Assembly: GCA_028023455.1 (NCBI GenBank)
Contig: JAQFVV010000001.1
Span: forward strand, 4,278,001-4,342,000
Origin: Epiperipatus broadwayi
Lineage: Eukaryota > Animalia > Onychophora
Direction: 5' to 3'
Length of the DNA: 64,000 nt
How positions within the stretch are numbered: the first letter of the stretch is position 1; each line of letters opens with the position of its first letter. The notes under the pieces are model-generated. The model had not been told where the DNA came from and did no database searches. It worked only from the letters and a program-made list of their open reading frames with translations. The position numbers and the translations under genes are program-made. Shown in pieces: positions 1 through 14,213 of the stretch.

Positions 1-2
1 TC

Positions 3-461
3 CCCTACATCCCTAAAATATCCAGCAAACTAACGAAAACCTTGAGCAACAAATTCAGCATAATATTCAGAACTCCACCCAACACTAATAGGTTGATCAA
101 TAACTCCAAAGACTACATTGATCCAGCGCTCACCCCACATGTGGTGTACTCCATTTCCTGCCCCCAAGCCGGATGCCACGCCACATATTATGGTGAAACG
201 AAAGCCACAATTAACACCAGATTGGCTCAACATCGGTACACCTTCAACAGAGCCCAAACGAACAGCAGTACATCTTCTGCATTTTTTGAACATACTAAAC
301 AATCAGGGCACAATTTCATTCCCGCTAACCCCGTTATTTTATGCTCAGAACCAAACGACTACAGGAGAAAAATAAAGGAGGCATTCTACATTAACAGAGA
401 CATCCATGCAATCAACAGAAGAGACACGTGCTTCGACATCTCGAAAAAATGGGCTACGTAA
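3..461 (+). mobile_element. Penelope-like retroelement 3' end, GIY-YIG endonuclease domain (ORF open from the window start)
   Basis: The frame is open from nt 3 (PYIPKISSKLTKTLSNKF...). It contains VVYSISC...YYGET...RLAQH...SAFFEH...GH...RKIKEAFYI...IN, the GIY-YIG layout typical of Penelope ORFs. Confidence 0.9.
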
Positions 462-514
462 CAGTAACTCATTTGAATATTCTCATTTACATATATTAAG
501 TACATTTTCACGAA

Positions 515-555
515 GGCTATGAGTATGAGGCACGGTTCCTCGAAAACGTTCAGCC
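515..555 (+). ncRNA. Degenerate minimal type I hammerhead ribozyme in the Penelope 3' pseudo-LTR
   Basis: GGCT-ATGAGTA-T-GAGG(cacggtt)CCTC-GAA-AACGTT-C-AGCC: stem I GGCT/AGCC, stem II GAGG/CCTC, palindromic stem III AACGTT. The core deviates from CUGANGA at 2 conserved positions. Confidence 0.55.
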
Positions 556-3027
556 AAATTTATTATTAACTATATATTTTTTCTCTAATAATTTACAATT
601 AAGTATTTTTATTATTAATTAGAATAGAAAGTGTCGAAAGATGAAATCTTAAATTTCTTTTTGTTGTTTAACTAAAATTTGCTTTTTTAAAAATGCTGTC
701 TTAATAAACAAATATATATTTTAGATTATTTTTAACATGTGTCAATTTTATTTCAAATATTAGAAATACAGCAACATTGTTTAGAAAATATTAGAAAAGT
801 AAAAAAATAAAAAAATACCTTTATTTAAATTGATGAATAATAATGCACTAAAACCAAAAAATATTTTTTCTTCAATTACAGTTTTGGTTATTATATTTAT
901 CTTGAAATAAAAGCATGGTTCATCAATGAATTAATTAATTCAGTTGCAATTATTTAATTAAGTAATTTATTAACACCCCATGTTTTCACTTTAAGTTAAA
1001 CATAAACAATGACTAATTAATTTATGATGTCCCACACTTTTATTTCAAGTTAAATATAACAATCAATTATGGTTGAAGATAACATTATTTTATGGTTTTA
1101 AATGTATTAGTACTCATCAATTTAAATAAAAACATTTTAAATCAAATATTTTACATATATATTTCATATTTCCAAACTTTTTTTTTTAATGATAAAAATA
1201 AACTTATCAATTAGCTTATTCCAATATTGTTTGGTATGTATATAGTGACTTCACCAACAAGTACAGTGTGCATGCAAATGGCATTGGATTATTTAAAAGT
1301 TTTATGCATGCCATTAAATTAATTTAGTTATATTGTGAATATTTTGGAAAGCAATACTTTTTCTCAGTGGATCTGAAATAATGATCAAATAAAAAATAAT
1401 AGTTTTAAAATAGCTATGAAGTGAAAACTAATGGGACTCTGGGAGGAAACATTTTTTTAGATTCATTACAAAAAAAAATTTCTTTCAGAAAATGGTTTTG
1501 AATTTTTTGCTCTTCAAAAAATAAATAAATAATGTAACTTGCTTTTACAGAATTTTTTGACTTGTTTGCACTTTTTACAAAACGTGTCAGTCACTTGATG
1601 AAATTCTTTTTTAAATTTTCTATTTCAATATTTTTTCTAAAACTTGTTGTAATCACAATGTTTTGATAATTAGTGTCTCCTGATATTGTGTTCTTTATTA
1701 ACTGAAATATTTTCCAGACCTATCGGGCATATCTATTTACTATTTTTTTTTTATAAAAATAAATATACTGAACCAGAAGCCTTCTCTGTTTCAAAGGTCA
1801 ACTATTTTAAAATAGAGAAAAAGGAAAAATATATACTTATAGGGATTTAAAAAAAATTTTGTCATTTACAATTTTGGATTTTTTTTTTTAGTATGTGCTA
1901 TTATAAGCATATATATATATCACATGCACCCGATTATATTTTGAAATCATAGAGATTGCTTTGAAAAGATTTTGGAAGGGAGGGGTTTTTCTAGCTAATT
2001 AAAATTTAATTAATGCTTAAAAAAAGAGCCATGGTTAGATTTTTGTTTTAATTAAGATCTGGCGGGAGATAGAGAATAAGATAAAAACTTTTTTTTTGTT
2101 TTCAGTTTTTTTCTTCTCTCTCACAAGGAAGCTTTCTGCAAGCAGTTTTTTTTTTTTTGGATAGAGGTCGTCCAGTTATTATCATAGACTTTTCAAACAG
2201 ATTTCCTAGAAAAGGTACATATGCTTATTACTGGGGATTAGCAACCAACAATTTATAATGCAGAAACTTCCAGCCTTGCAGAAAAATATCAAAGGTATGC
2301 CATGCTAAAAACCCTTCTAAGATGAACCTTAAAACTCTAAAGTCATTTCATCATTAACATGTCTTAAATTAAAAGTATTTGAGACTGATCTGTAAATTTG
2401 TTTTCATACTCCGCAATTAACTTAACGGTTATTAAAAAAAGAGAAAAACAAAGGACTGAAATAGCAATGTACACTTGTTAGAACTGAACCCTGCACATCC
2501 CATTGGAATGAATCACAAGGGAAAATTTAAGCCTCGAAGATAACCTAACATTATCTTAACCAGGGCTTAATTTTCTAAGCTTACTATTTAACAGAAACAG
2601 GGGAAAAGTAAAACGAACTTATGATAGGATTATTGGTATAAGCTTATTTATTTTTAGTTGATTTATTATATTTTTTGTTCATTATTATTCTTTACTATTA
2701 TGGCATATGAATAGTAAATAATTAGAGAGATTATTTCCATAGATTGGGAATCTGAGTGTATTGAAAGTCTTTATCTTGTACTCATTTTTAAAAATTATTT
2801 GTTTGTATTGAAGGTTTTGGCAGGAACAGTAGTTTTCCTTTTACCTCAGCTGTCCCATTTTTGTTTGAAATCCATTTAGTTTAATGTGTGTCTGCATATA
2901 CAGCAGATTGTGGTTTTTTTGGCTGGCGGTTTATTGATTATGGTTTAATTTTTTTCTTTTATGCCATATAGAGTGTGAGATTTTTTATTATTATATTTAA
3001 TATTACATAAATTGTAATATTTTCTGT

Positions 3028-3400
3028 TTACTTGTACAAAGGTAACCTTAAGGGCCATATAGTAAATGTGAGCCCTTTTGAGTATTTAAGGAGCATAGGA
3101 TGTCCTTGTTCTAGTCCTGAAGTCTTTTCCTGGGTTAAGGAATGATCCCCCATCACTGTTTGTTGGCTTCCATTCAAGATAACTTTTATTGAAGATCTGT
3201 AACAAGGGATATAGATATGAATATTCATACCAAATGGGAATGGGTACCTAAAGAGAAGGAAAATAGAAAGGAAAGGAGAACGGTATTGTGTAGATAAATC
3301 ATTGGCAGGAAGAGCATGGCAATTCCCAATAATCTTAGGTGAGAAAACCAAATTGACTCCGAGACTTTCGAGATACCATAATATTCACTTGCACTCTCAG
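3028..3400 (-). mobile_element. Possible decayed non-LTR retrotransposon RT fragment
   Basis: Minus-strand frames give SQFGF and YRSSIKVILNGS...SGLEQGHPM, resembling the Q.GF and G..QG.P RT motifs. Confidence 0.3.
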
Positions 3401-5734
3401 ATCAATCAGGTTAAGGGATTTGGTTGAAAATTTTTTTTTTAGAATTAATATTTGTTTTGAATTGAATAAACCTAAGAATTATTATTAATTATTTTTTTTT
3501 TGCTGACATTTGTTTCTGTATTCTGTTCCTCAATAATTGTCTGAATAATATTTAAGATCTCTTTCTCTCCCTGTGTCTAGCTCATGACATTTATATTGTG
3601 CCGTTCATCATGACTTAAAATCTGATCATTGTAAATCAAATTTTCTAGGATGACAGTGGCCTAATGGCACCCTTAGTGATAAGAAGTGTGGAGTATCCCA
3701 TACAATACATTGGTCCATTTCATGTGTGATTTTCTATATCAATTTTTTTATTTTATTCAGTGAAGCCATTCTAATAAAAAAGTTAATGCAAAGTAATAAT
3801 AATAAAATGAAATAAAATTTGAATATCATTTTTGCTAGTACATATTCATCTGTGAAAATCGCAAAAAAGAAAACAAACAAAATACTCTCAGATTAAATCT
3901 GTAGTCAAATAGACCACACAATATAAATAATTTTTTGGAATATTGCACCTCTGATAGAATGAATTAGAACTATAATAAAGGTTGGAGAGAGAAAACAAAT
4001 ATTTTATTTTACCTAACTCTTAATTCAATATTTTCTCCATGTGTGTTTAAATACATATTTTATACAGGGTCATTTTATACATGTTTAAAAATATCCAAGA
4101 GCCAGATTGAAAATTTTTGAGAATAGATTTGGTTCATGGAGCTGAGATTCCTCCCTCTGATATAAAAGATCTTTTTCCTATAAATTTTTTTTTTTCAAAT
4201 ATTTATTTAATAGTAATAATGTTACATTATAATTTGGAAGTGTAAATATAGATTACTAATTGTATTTGGGCAGTTCATATCCCCCACACATGTATAATTT
4301 GAAGTGAATTTATCAAGACAATTCATTATAAAATATATACTGAATTAAATCATATGCAAAAGTTATAATAATTAATACTGTACTTATTTTGATAATTCTT
4401 GTGAATTCATTTTTAAAATGTGCATATTTGAATTTTTTATTTTTTTGTTTTCTTTATAAAATTTTTTTTTTAAAACAAAATAATAAAATAGCTTTTATGA
4501 AAAAATTAAAAAATTATAAGCACCATTACTATTTTTTAGATATTTTAAAGATATTGGTTATCTAAAATCATACACCTAAGTAATATATAGCAATATTGCA
4601 CTATGATTATTTGATGCATTCATTTTATTTAAATTTCTAAATATAGATATAACACAGAATGAAATTTAAATGTAATGATATGGATTATTCTCTCATATAT
4701 AAAATTAAGCTGCTTTAAAACAAATAAAAAATATATGTATTCTATAGACAGAAAATAATTGAGTAATTAAAAATACTACATCATACAATTTAAAAATATA
4801 TATATTGTGACCTTCTGGTTTGGCACCAGAAATAGTCATTGTAATAGTGTGGTAGTATATCAGTAATATCTGATATAATCCTCTTTAAAAAAAAATGAAA
4901 TAACGTGAAATTTTTAAAAAAAATTTTATTTTGATTTAAAACTGTAATCAAAAGTAAGTGTAGGTGTAATTTAAAAGATTTCCTAAATATTTGGTATCTT
5001 GTTTTGGGGTATAATCAGTAATAGAATAGGGGGTGGCTTGTTATATGCATAATCAGTGCAGTTTAGGTTGTTGCTTACTTGTTTTATTTGTTCATAAGGC
5101 AGTATTCAGTTTTGTTAGAATGATTTTCTAGTCCATTTGTTTTGTACATTTTAAATTTATAGCATAAACAGTAAAATATGTTTCACTCATCATCATTCAC
5201 ATTGTCATTTCAGTCAGTATAGTATAATACCTATAGCATATTACTACTGAATATTCATGCATTATCCAACTTCATTTTTCATTCACGTTTCATTAAACCA
5301 TTAAATATCCCACATTACATTCAAATATTTAATTATATCAATAATAGTATTAAAAAACTAACTTAATTACATTTTAAATAAATCAATAAATTATGGACAG
5401 GTGAATTATTTAATGACAAATACTGTAAAATATTTTATTTATTAAAACAATTGTCATCAATTTTATTTTACTGCTTTAAAAACATTTAATTATTAGTTCA
5501 ATTTTTTTTTTTTCTCATTTATTTAAAAGACGAAATAATTTTTTTTTTCATCTATTTTTTTTTTTTTTTACTGTCTCAAGTTTTGCATATTTAAGTAGGT
5601 TTGCAAGGGGGAGGAGCAATTGACAATCTTTTTCTGATGATGTTAACATTATCGTAAACAATTGGAAGGGAACAATATGATGTAATGATTATTAAAAAAA
5701 AGTTATAAAAGGAATACTTATTACTTTTAATTAG

Positions 5735-5800
5735 GCAGTCTACTATTATTACTTTGAAGGGCAGTCTATTATTACTTTTGAAGAGGGCAGAGTCTATTTT
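5735..5800. repeat. Three short degenerate direct repeats (GGCAGTCTA[C]TATTA[T]T..., ~25 bp period)
   Basis: ggcagtctactattattactttgaag / ggcagtctattattacttttgaaga / ggcagagtctatttttattt. Confidence 0.7.
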
Positions 5801-7749
5801 TATTTCTTCAGTCAGTCAATTATTAAAACTTTTACGAGGGCAGTTATAGCTAACCAAAGACAGCTATAACTAATTTATTTAGCAAAGTTTAATAGTGAAA
5901 TTATTTTTCCTCTTTCAGAGTTCAAGTTAAAAATTTAAATATATTATTTGTTTGCGAAATGTGTACTTAAAAACCACTAAAAGATACGTCAGTTTTGCTC
6001 CAGCTGATTGTTCCAATTGTCCCAACGTTATACTAAAGTAAACGTAAGTGTTATATTCTATTATTCAAGATAAATTATTATTTAAGAAATGGGAATGCTT
6101 AATAGGACTGTTAAATTGTTTTATTTAAATTTAAAATTAGCAGGGAAGGATAAAAGAATATTTGTTTATTTGATAACAATTAAGTTTTTAAGCTTTAATT
6201 ATACTATGAAGGGAACAACTGCTACGTGCTTCATTTATGTGGGGGAAAGATGTGAATTGTCATTGAACGTTCTCAGAACTTTAATGTACAAATTTCATGC
6301 TAAATATAAAAGAAAACTCAAAATTTAAAATATATACAAGGAATATGTAATTTTATTGTCATATATACTAGAATAGCGGCGTAAATATTTATATTTTTAC
6401 CTTTGGAAAAGAAAAATATAAGATTAAATATGTCATTAAATGTACTTTAATAATTATTTGTTCTTCTAGACTAGTAGGAGGAATGAAATTATAAATGGAT
6501 AAAGTTATGTGACATTGCTGTATTAATATTACCAATGAGTTTATCTAAATAAATATTATTAATTGAATAACTACGTATATTTCTGAATGGCTTTATGATT
6601 GTGAAATCAAATGTCAAATATATCTTAGGAATAAAGTACAAACTTCTATTTTACTTGCGTTATGAAATATATTGTTTAATTAAGGAAATTCATTATTTAC
6701 AACGTTAATAGCAATTCATTAGTTGATAACTAAAAACATTGAATATGCTCTTATCGATTCAACAAAATATTATTTTGTTTCTCCTGCAGGAATTGTGCCA
6801 TTCTGTGTTAATAATTGTCTTGTGCAGTATAATTATTTTCCTTATCTATTTGGAGACATGACAAGGAAAGTCATGCAAAAAAAAAACTTATAAACTTTTC
6901 GTTTCATATCGTTTGGAAAGAAAAAAGAAGAGAACTCTATTTTATTTAATAGCATATTATATAGTATTAGTTAAGGAATGTTTTATTATTTTAAATGTTT
7001 ATTATATGTATTATTATTATATTTGTTCTTCAAGAACGTCTCAAATAGCATAATGAAAGAATACATTATGCTGGTAATTTGTGTTATTATTATTATTATT
7101 TTAATATGAAGTTTGGTCATGTGTGTATTAGTGACACATGTCATGGTAAAACCAATGGAAGAGTCCATTTATCATTCCAAAAGGGTGAATAATTATTTTA
7201 AAAAAAGTGTTCATTATATCAAATCTTACCGAATATATTTCTTTTTATAAATTAGAAAATTAATTATTTTCAGTAGTTATTTTATCTATAACATACAATT
7301 TTATTATTTATTTAGGTTCAATTTAACTACAGATTCGTGCCAATATTAATGTATTATATTATAAAAAAAATTATTCGTCTTGCTTTGTCCATAGTAATTA
7401 GTATTTTATTCTCCAACCGTTCTTTGAACATTACCAAATATTGTCAAATATGAGATTTATTTTTTATTAATTCTAGCAGTAATAATTAATATTTTAACAG
7501 TAATTCTTTGCTTACTGCGATTTTAAATGGTCTGTATATAATATGCTTATACGTGTGTGTGTTTATTATTAAACTTATTTATAATTATATGTAATTGCCA
7601 GTGAAAATGATTTTAAATCAATCAGATTCGGAAGGAAAAGATGATCAATCATTTGAAGAATTAGAAAGTTGTTTAAGAGAGAATTATTATTTCTTTGTTA
7701 TGACTGAATGAAAAGTATTTTGTGGCTATATGCTATAAATTTTACAATG

Positions 7750-8300
7750 TTTATAATATCTTATGGTATTGAGTTAGTGTGTTTGTTGGTTGAATATTTA
7801 ATATGGGTAGTTGCCCAGTGTATTGTAGTGTATAGGATTGAGTAATTCTTTATTTTCCATGTATTGGAGTAGTTTGATAGGAGTGGATTGAATCCTCCTT
7901 TTATATTTGATATACTAAATTAAATGTGTATGAAGTTAGAGATATTTTCTCCCTGATTTTCATTTGGTGATGAGTTATTCCACCAATTATTGAATTAAAA
8001 GTGTATGAAGCTAGAGGTGTCTTCTCCCTGATTTTCATGTGGTGATGAGTTACTCCACCAATTATTGAATTAAAAGTGTATGAAGCTAGAGATGTCTTCT
8101 CCCTGATTTTCATGTGGTGATGAGTTATTCCACCAATTATTTAGTCTTAAAGATGGACTTGGGAAGTTATTGTTATATTACCTGTTTTGAATTATATAAA
8201 TCTGTTATCCCATGTGTGTATTGGATGTTTTCCAACTTATGCTATAGCCTAGTGTTTGATGGTTTATGATCAAAAAGAAGAATAAAAGGAAAGTATAGTG
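7750..8300 (-). mobile_element. Probable decayed Penelope-type RT fragment
   Basis: Minus strand, with frameshifts, reads YTFNLVYQI-(K)GG-FNPLLSN...QYMENK, resembling the PLE RT motif YF.F...Y.Q..G..MGSP.SP.LAN.YME. Confidence 0.35.
7905..8140. repeat. 75-bp tandem repeat, about 3 copies
   Basis: Unit tgaattaaaagtgtatgaagctagaggtgtcttctccctgattttcatgtggtgatgagttactccaccaattat. It appears in the ORF track as a 25-aa repeat. Confidence 0.95.
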
Positions 8301-9499
8301 TCTTATAAAACAGCTGTATTATAGTTGATAAATAAAGATTGTTTGATCTTCACTTCCAACCGTATTATGATTATATTGAAATATCATAAGCAAACCGATT
8401 AGATTGATTAACATTATTTATTTATTTTCTTTGACACACAACATAATACAGATTCATGCACAAATTGTTAATTTTGATATAAAAAAATTCATTATTAATG
8501 TAAAACTTTACTTATCATGTTAAAACATTTTGTAGTAATCATTTAAGCTTCATCTCATTGATTTTTATCATTTAATCATAATTTGCATAAATAATTAAGC
8601 AAAGGTAGGACATTAGTTAATGAATACAAAGATTTACTTTATTTTGGCAAAGCAGAACCTAGTTGTTCAATAGTATACTGTACCTTAAAATTACAAAGAA
8701 AAATACATTTAATTAATAGAAGTATTTATTTTCTTTGGTAAGATAGTCCAACATTATTCTTAATTTAAATCCCCTTATTTTAATTTTATTTAAGATATTT
8801 AAAAAGTAACAATGCAAAATCTTAATTTGTTCAGTAATTAGAATATTAATCTATGTTGTTGTTATAAATTTTTAGTTAGTAAATGAGTGATATTCAGCAA
8901 AATGCTGAATAAAAGATATTTTAGTAATCATTTACTAAAAGTGTAAGGTCATATTTATTTTGTTTTTATTTTTGTATAAGTCTATCAGAAATCACTGATA
9001 GCTAAAGAGACATTTCTTTATAGCAAATAATAGGGACTTATTTAGTTCATCTAATGTTTCAAATAAATGTTTATCAATCTATCAAAATGTTCTGATGAAT
9101 GAAATATAGTAGATGTAAAAGTTAATGAATCATGTTGTATTATATCTTCTTGTATAATCTGTACTCAATGATATGAAATCCCTTTGGAATTTTTGTTCAT
9201 ACCAATAAAAGAAAAGTAAATGTTGATTTAACCATTTTCTATTTGAGTAATAAATATTTTGTTATCTAAATTTGTATTTGGAGTTTCTTCTATGACATTC
9301 ATTCGTATTTCACACTTCCACACATGCTTATACATTTATTTTATTTAATGTAACATAATTGTATTTTATTTAATTATAATAAATCTCAAGATATGATGAT
9401 GTTGATTTCCTTGATTCAAACACTATATGAGATGCCAATTACCTACTGATTATTTTTAAAAGGGTTTTGTTATTTAATTTTTGTTTAGATGATGAATTG

Positions 9500-10160
9500 A
9501 AATCAAAATGTGCCCGATTTCTTTCATTATCTAACTGCAAGTATCTAATTAGGGTATTGTTTGGTTTATAATATTATTTTCATAGTGTTAAATAATAATT
9601 TGAGGTATAGAAATGTTAGATCAAGCCATACCATAAGTTAATTCCCTGAGATCTTCAATATATAATTTAGATTAGATAATAAATTCATTTATCCAGATTA
9701 GAGTAGTGAGTAATTAAAATTTATTAATGATAAGTTTAGTTTGAGTTTAGGTTTAGTGAATTATACATTACAATTTCTGAAATATTATTTTTATTTTATT
9801 TTAGTTATCAGTTTAATTGTATAATATAGTAGAGGTTGTTCAGTGCGTATGGATGATGGGAGGAGGTGAAATATAAAGTATATTTATTAGTTAATTTTAG
9901 CTGGTAGAATTTTACCAATTTAATTTTGTTTAGCACAGAACTTAATAGATGTTTATTCCTATTAGTAATAATATTTTCTCCCACATCTAATGTACACTGT
10001 GCACCTCATACACCTCTGTATCCCTCAACTGAGTTAGTTTTAGGTGAAAGCTTTAATTAAGAGCCTCATGAATAGATTTAGATAAAGTTAAATAAATATT
10101 TTATTCTATGATTCATAGAATTGGCGCCCCTGGGTAATTGTTAGTGTTAGTGATAGGTGT
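9500..10160 (-). mobile_element. Possible heavily decayed Penelope-type RT fragment
   Basis: Minus-strand remnants occur in the expected order: YPGAPIL (G.P.G.P.S), YIR-(Y)V (RYVDD), FYQLKLT (IKFT) and RTEQPL (THT.QYL). Confidence 0.3.
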
Positions 10161-11016
10161 GAGGGGTTACAATATATATATATAAGAAAGCTGGACTAAA
10201 AATCCATCTCAAAATGTTATCTAGAGAGATTTCTCTTAAAATTTAGAATTGTTTGTAGCCAGTTTATTAGTATATACAGTTATTTTACATTATAAACCAA
10301 TAACTAATGGATCCATCAGTATGTAATAATAAGAAATAGTGATCACATGATGTTTATTGATGTAATAATATTGTGAGTTAATTAAAATGTTTGGCTAGTC
10401 TAAAAGATATTAGAGCCAGTAACTTTGATTAACCTTGGAACTGATCAAGGCGAATGATATCCAGTTAAACCCCTACTAAAATCCTGATAAATGTCTGTTG
10501 TGTCACAAATAATATCTATAAACGTATGGAATCATCAGCCTTATTGAATTCATAGTCTACAGAGAAACCTGCCAAGAAGAAAAAAAGTAATCAGTGGAAT
10601 GACAATCACAGAAAGAAATCCAAATGTGCATAGACTTGTGTGTAAATAGTAAGTTGATATATGTATATAAAATTTTTGTTTTTGATATATACCCAAAAAG
10701 GTCTGACAATAAATTTTCTAAATTTAAAATAAATGACATTCTGCAAATGAGAATATTTTTAATTTTTATTATAAAATTTTGTTTTTCAAAATAGTATTCT
10801 ACGTATGAGAGTACTTGGCGTTTTTTAAAATAAAATTTCCATGTGTTTATCTGAAAGTTTGTGATGATGGCATTTTAAGATTATATGTTGGACCACTTTC
10901 ATTATCTAATATTAATTGTTAAATGTTTTTAGAAAAATTCAAACTTCATTTTAATTATTCAAATATATTCAACTGTTAGTAATATGTTTTAATTGACACT
11001 GTTCTCTCTTCTTCAG

Positions 11017-11096
11017 TTGTTTCTGGCCTGAACAATAGAAATACTAGAATGGGAATCAAGCCATTAGACTTTCAATTTGTGAATATTGAATTTAAG
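11017..11096 (+). CDS. Candidate internal exon (VSGLNNRNTRMGIKPLDFQFVNIEFK), product unknown
   Basis: Strong polypyrimidine acceptor gttctctcttcttcag, an open frame of 80 nt and a weak donor aag|gtgatg. No homology recognised. Confidence 0.25.
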
Positions 11097-12909
11097 GTGA
11101 TGCTTAGTATAAATGAATATGAATTTGATTGAGAAAACACAAAAATATTGTGCAAAGATAAAAAATTTAAAGAAGCTGCTCACATGGCAATTCATCCTAT
11201 ATGGTAATTTAGTGTGAAAATCCATAACATTTGCAAATCACTCATTAACCTTGTCCTTGAGGAAAAATATAAAAATCAGGAGGATCCTTATAAATAAATA
11301 TATAAAATTCCTATTAACTGTTACCTGTTGCCTTTCCTAGAATAGCGTAATTAGTTAAAGCATTATAAATTAAATTTAGTATTCATGAATCTAAAGGTCA
11401 GTAGTCTTATATCTATGCTAATATTATTATTGGTCAGGCCAGCAATATCTGAAGGGGAGAGGAGAATAATACCAGTGGAAATATTGTATTACTATTAACA
11501 GTTGATTATATTTGAAAAGTTTAAATAAAATTTGAATTTTTCTAGAAACATTAAATATTTAAAACTAGATGATTTGATAGAAAAAAATCCAACATATAAT
11601 TACAAATAATTCTATCTGTATTTATTTTCCACTATATATTTTAATTTATATTATTTATGTATATGTATAAGTAATTCCAGTATGTGTTTGGATAGATTTC
11701 AAGGATTAACAATATTAATTCTAAATGTTAAAAAAATAGATCAAGTATTCATTTATTAGAAGTTTGTAGATGTGCTATTCTGAATAAAGTATTTTACTAT
11801 TAATAATAACTATTAGAAACCACCAGTAACCATATAAACATTCACAATAAGGATAGTAATCAATATTTGTCATTAATAGCAAGAATGGTTAGTAATTATC
11901 CCGATTAGCTTTAAGCATTATTTCACTTATTATTAATAATAAATACATATAATGACTGTTTTATTGTCTTGGGAGTTTGGATTTTTAAAAATGTTTAAAT
12001 AATAGTCATAGGTTCAATATAAATAGGAAGAGCATAGCTATATATTTTAAAGAGATTGATCAGAGATAATTAGTTATGCAGCACTTAATACAAAGATGAC
12101 AGGATTTGAGAGCAAAATATTTTTTTCTGATTAGAAAGTACATGACATTTGAATAAAGAACATCATGCTTCAATGAAGCCAATGGCTTTGAAATAGAACA
12201 TAGATATAAAAGTGAGGAAATCAATAATTTATGCTAAATGACAAGTCACATTAATTATAATAATTGTGTAAGCTTTATAAGAAACAGGATTGGATGAAAG
12301 AACCTATATTCAACTTATCAGAAAGTTACTTATATAAGTAATGATAAAAGAATATATATGTCAGAATATCACATGACAAATCTATAATTTATATGATGTC
12401 ATAGAGTTGAAAAAAAAAGAAGATATATTAAGTCATGTAATGAGACAGTTAGTTAGATTGTAATCCATAAAATAAATGAATATTAAACTAATTTGTTATT
12501 GAAGAATTTTGCAGTTTTAATACTACTGAGATTTTTAAATCATAAATATAATTTGTATATATTATTGTACTTTATATATAATTTTGAAAATTAGAAAAAT
12601 TTAAGCATGAAAAGCAAGCATTTATTTTTTTATAATAGTTACAATAGATATACACCTAAATATATATATATATCTCCATATATTTCATTTCTCAAGTTGA
12701 GTATACTGAATTAAATAAAAGTACTTGCAGATGTTTGGTTTAAAACATCTAACAAGCCATTTTCTGTATAATCTAAACAAAAAAGTGTTGAAGACTTATT
12801 AAACTTAAAAAAAAAAACTAAATAAAAATTAATAAAGGAAGGTATAATATTTTAATTTAAACATTGATGGGATTAGGATTAGTGATAAAATTAAGATAGA
12901 ATATAATCA

Positions 12910-13105
12910 ATGTCTCTTAAGATTAAAATTTCACTATGAGAATAGATTTGAAATACAGAATGCCATACTTGTTAAGATGTCTCATTTTAATTTTATAAAA
13001 ATGTAGAGAATGTCTTGATAGTTTTCAAGATTAAATATTTCACTATGGGAATGGATTTGAAATGTAGATTGTTATACTTGCTAAGATGTCGCATTTTAAT
13101 TAATT
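12910..13105. repeat. Diverged tandem duplication, ~108 bp period
   Basis: aagattaaa(a/t)tttcactatg(a/g)gaat(a/g)gatttgaaat...atacttg(t/c)taagatgtc(t/g)cattttaatt occurs twice. Confidence 0.8.
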
Positions 13106-13279
13106 ATATAAAATCAAAAATTTCAAATGCAGATGGATGAATTAACATTTGTCTTCTGATATTTTGAAAAATTATGGATGACGTAAAACTGGTACAGCAC
13201 ATTATCTATGCATTAAAAACCCTCAGTCATTTGCTCAAAATGTAAATTTTTAAATTAATTTTTGTATTTCTTTCTTTCT

Positions 13280-13311
<32 letters not shown>

Positions 13312-14067
13312 ATTTCAAACAAATGGAGGCCCTAAAATCAAAATTGTTTAAATCTAATAAAAAAATTCTCAGATAAATGACTATAAAAGCAAACTCTCAT
13401 GTCTAGTATCACTCTGGTTATCTGAAATTTGTCATTCAAATAGTGTAAAATTTTGTTTTGATTTTTGAAAATTCTTATTTATAAAATTATTTGATAAGTA
13501 TTTAATTATTTCAATTTATAAAATGATTATAATAGAAAAATGTTTGGTCCATAAAATAATAATGCTTTAAGTAAACTTAAAATGATTGTTATAGTTTTAA
13601 AGATATTATTTCATGTGTTTTTGTGATTAATACATTTTATTTTAATCCTTAGAAAATATGATAAAAGATTTTTGTTATAACATTTGCCTTCATTCTACAA
13701 ATCTTTATTTACTGAGTATGTGTTCATAGTACAATTTATTTATAGCATTTGGTTCTAAAATGGTTAATTAACAAAACATTACTTCAAATAAATACAAACT
13801 ATTGACATACTTATTTTTTGAATATATTAATTGCAGCAAATGTTTCATCTTACATCAAAAATTATAATTAAAACAAACAAAATGCAATTTTCTATTTTAA
13901 AAATAGCCCATTAATTTAATATATAAAGCAAGTCACATGCGCTTTATTTATAAATCTTGATTTATTATATAAACTATTATAAATTACAATAATACTCCTG
14001 TTAGGACTATGTTTTTTTTTTTAATCTTTCAAAAAACAATTAAAAAATGCAAAAATAAAATAATAAA

Positions 14068-14213
14068 TATAAATACAAATATCCCACAATAATTCAATAC
14101 ATATAACAAATACAAATTACTGTTACCTTAAATCTCTTCTCACAGAAGAAGATGTTTAAGATAACACTAATTTGTTATATGTATTGGATTATTGTGGAAT
14201 ATTTGTATTTATT
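14068..14213. repeat. Foldback hairpin with ~65 bp arms and a 3-nt loop
   Basis: The left arm aaatacaaatatcccacaataattcaatacatataacaaat...tctcttct matches the reverse complement of the right arm agaaga...atttgttatatgtattggattattgtggaatatttgtattt. Confidence 0.9.

Noticed and set aside
30-375. ORFs 30..302 (-) and 118..375 (+)
   Set aside because: Alternative frames overlapping the Penelope GIY-YIG ORF.
7901-8140. 75-bp repeat considered as a CRISPR array or HHR array (GTGATGA present)
   Set aside because: There are no unique spacers, no cas genes and no stem II/GAAA after the heptamer.
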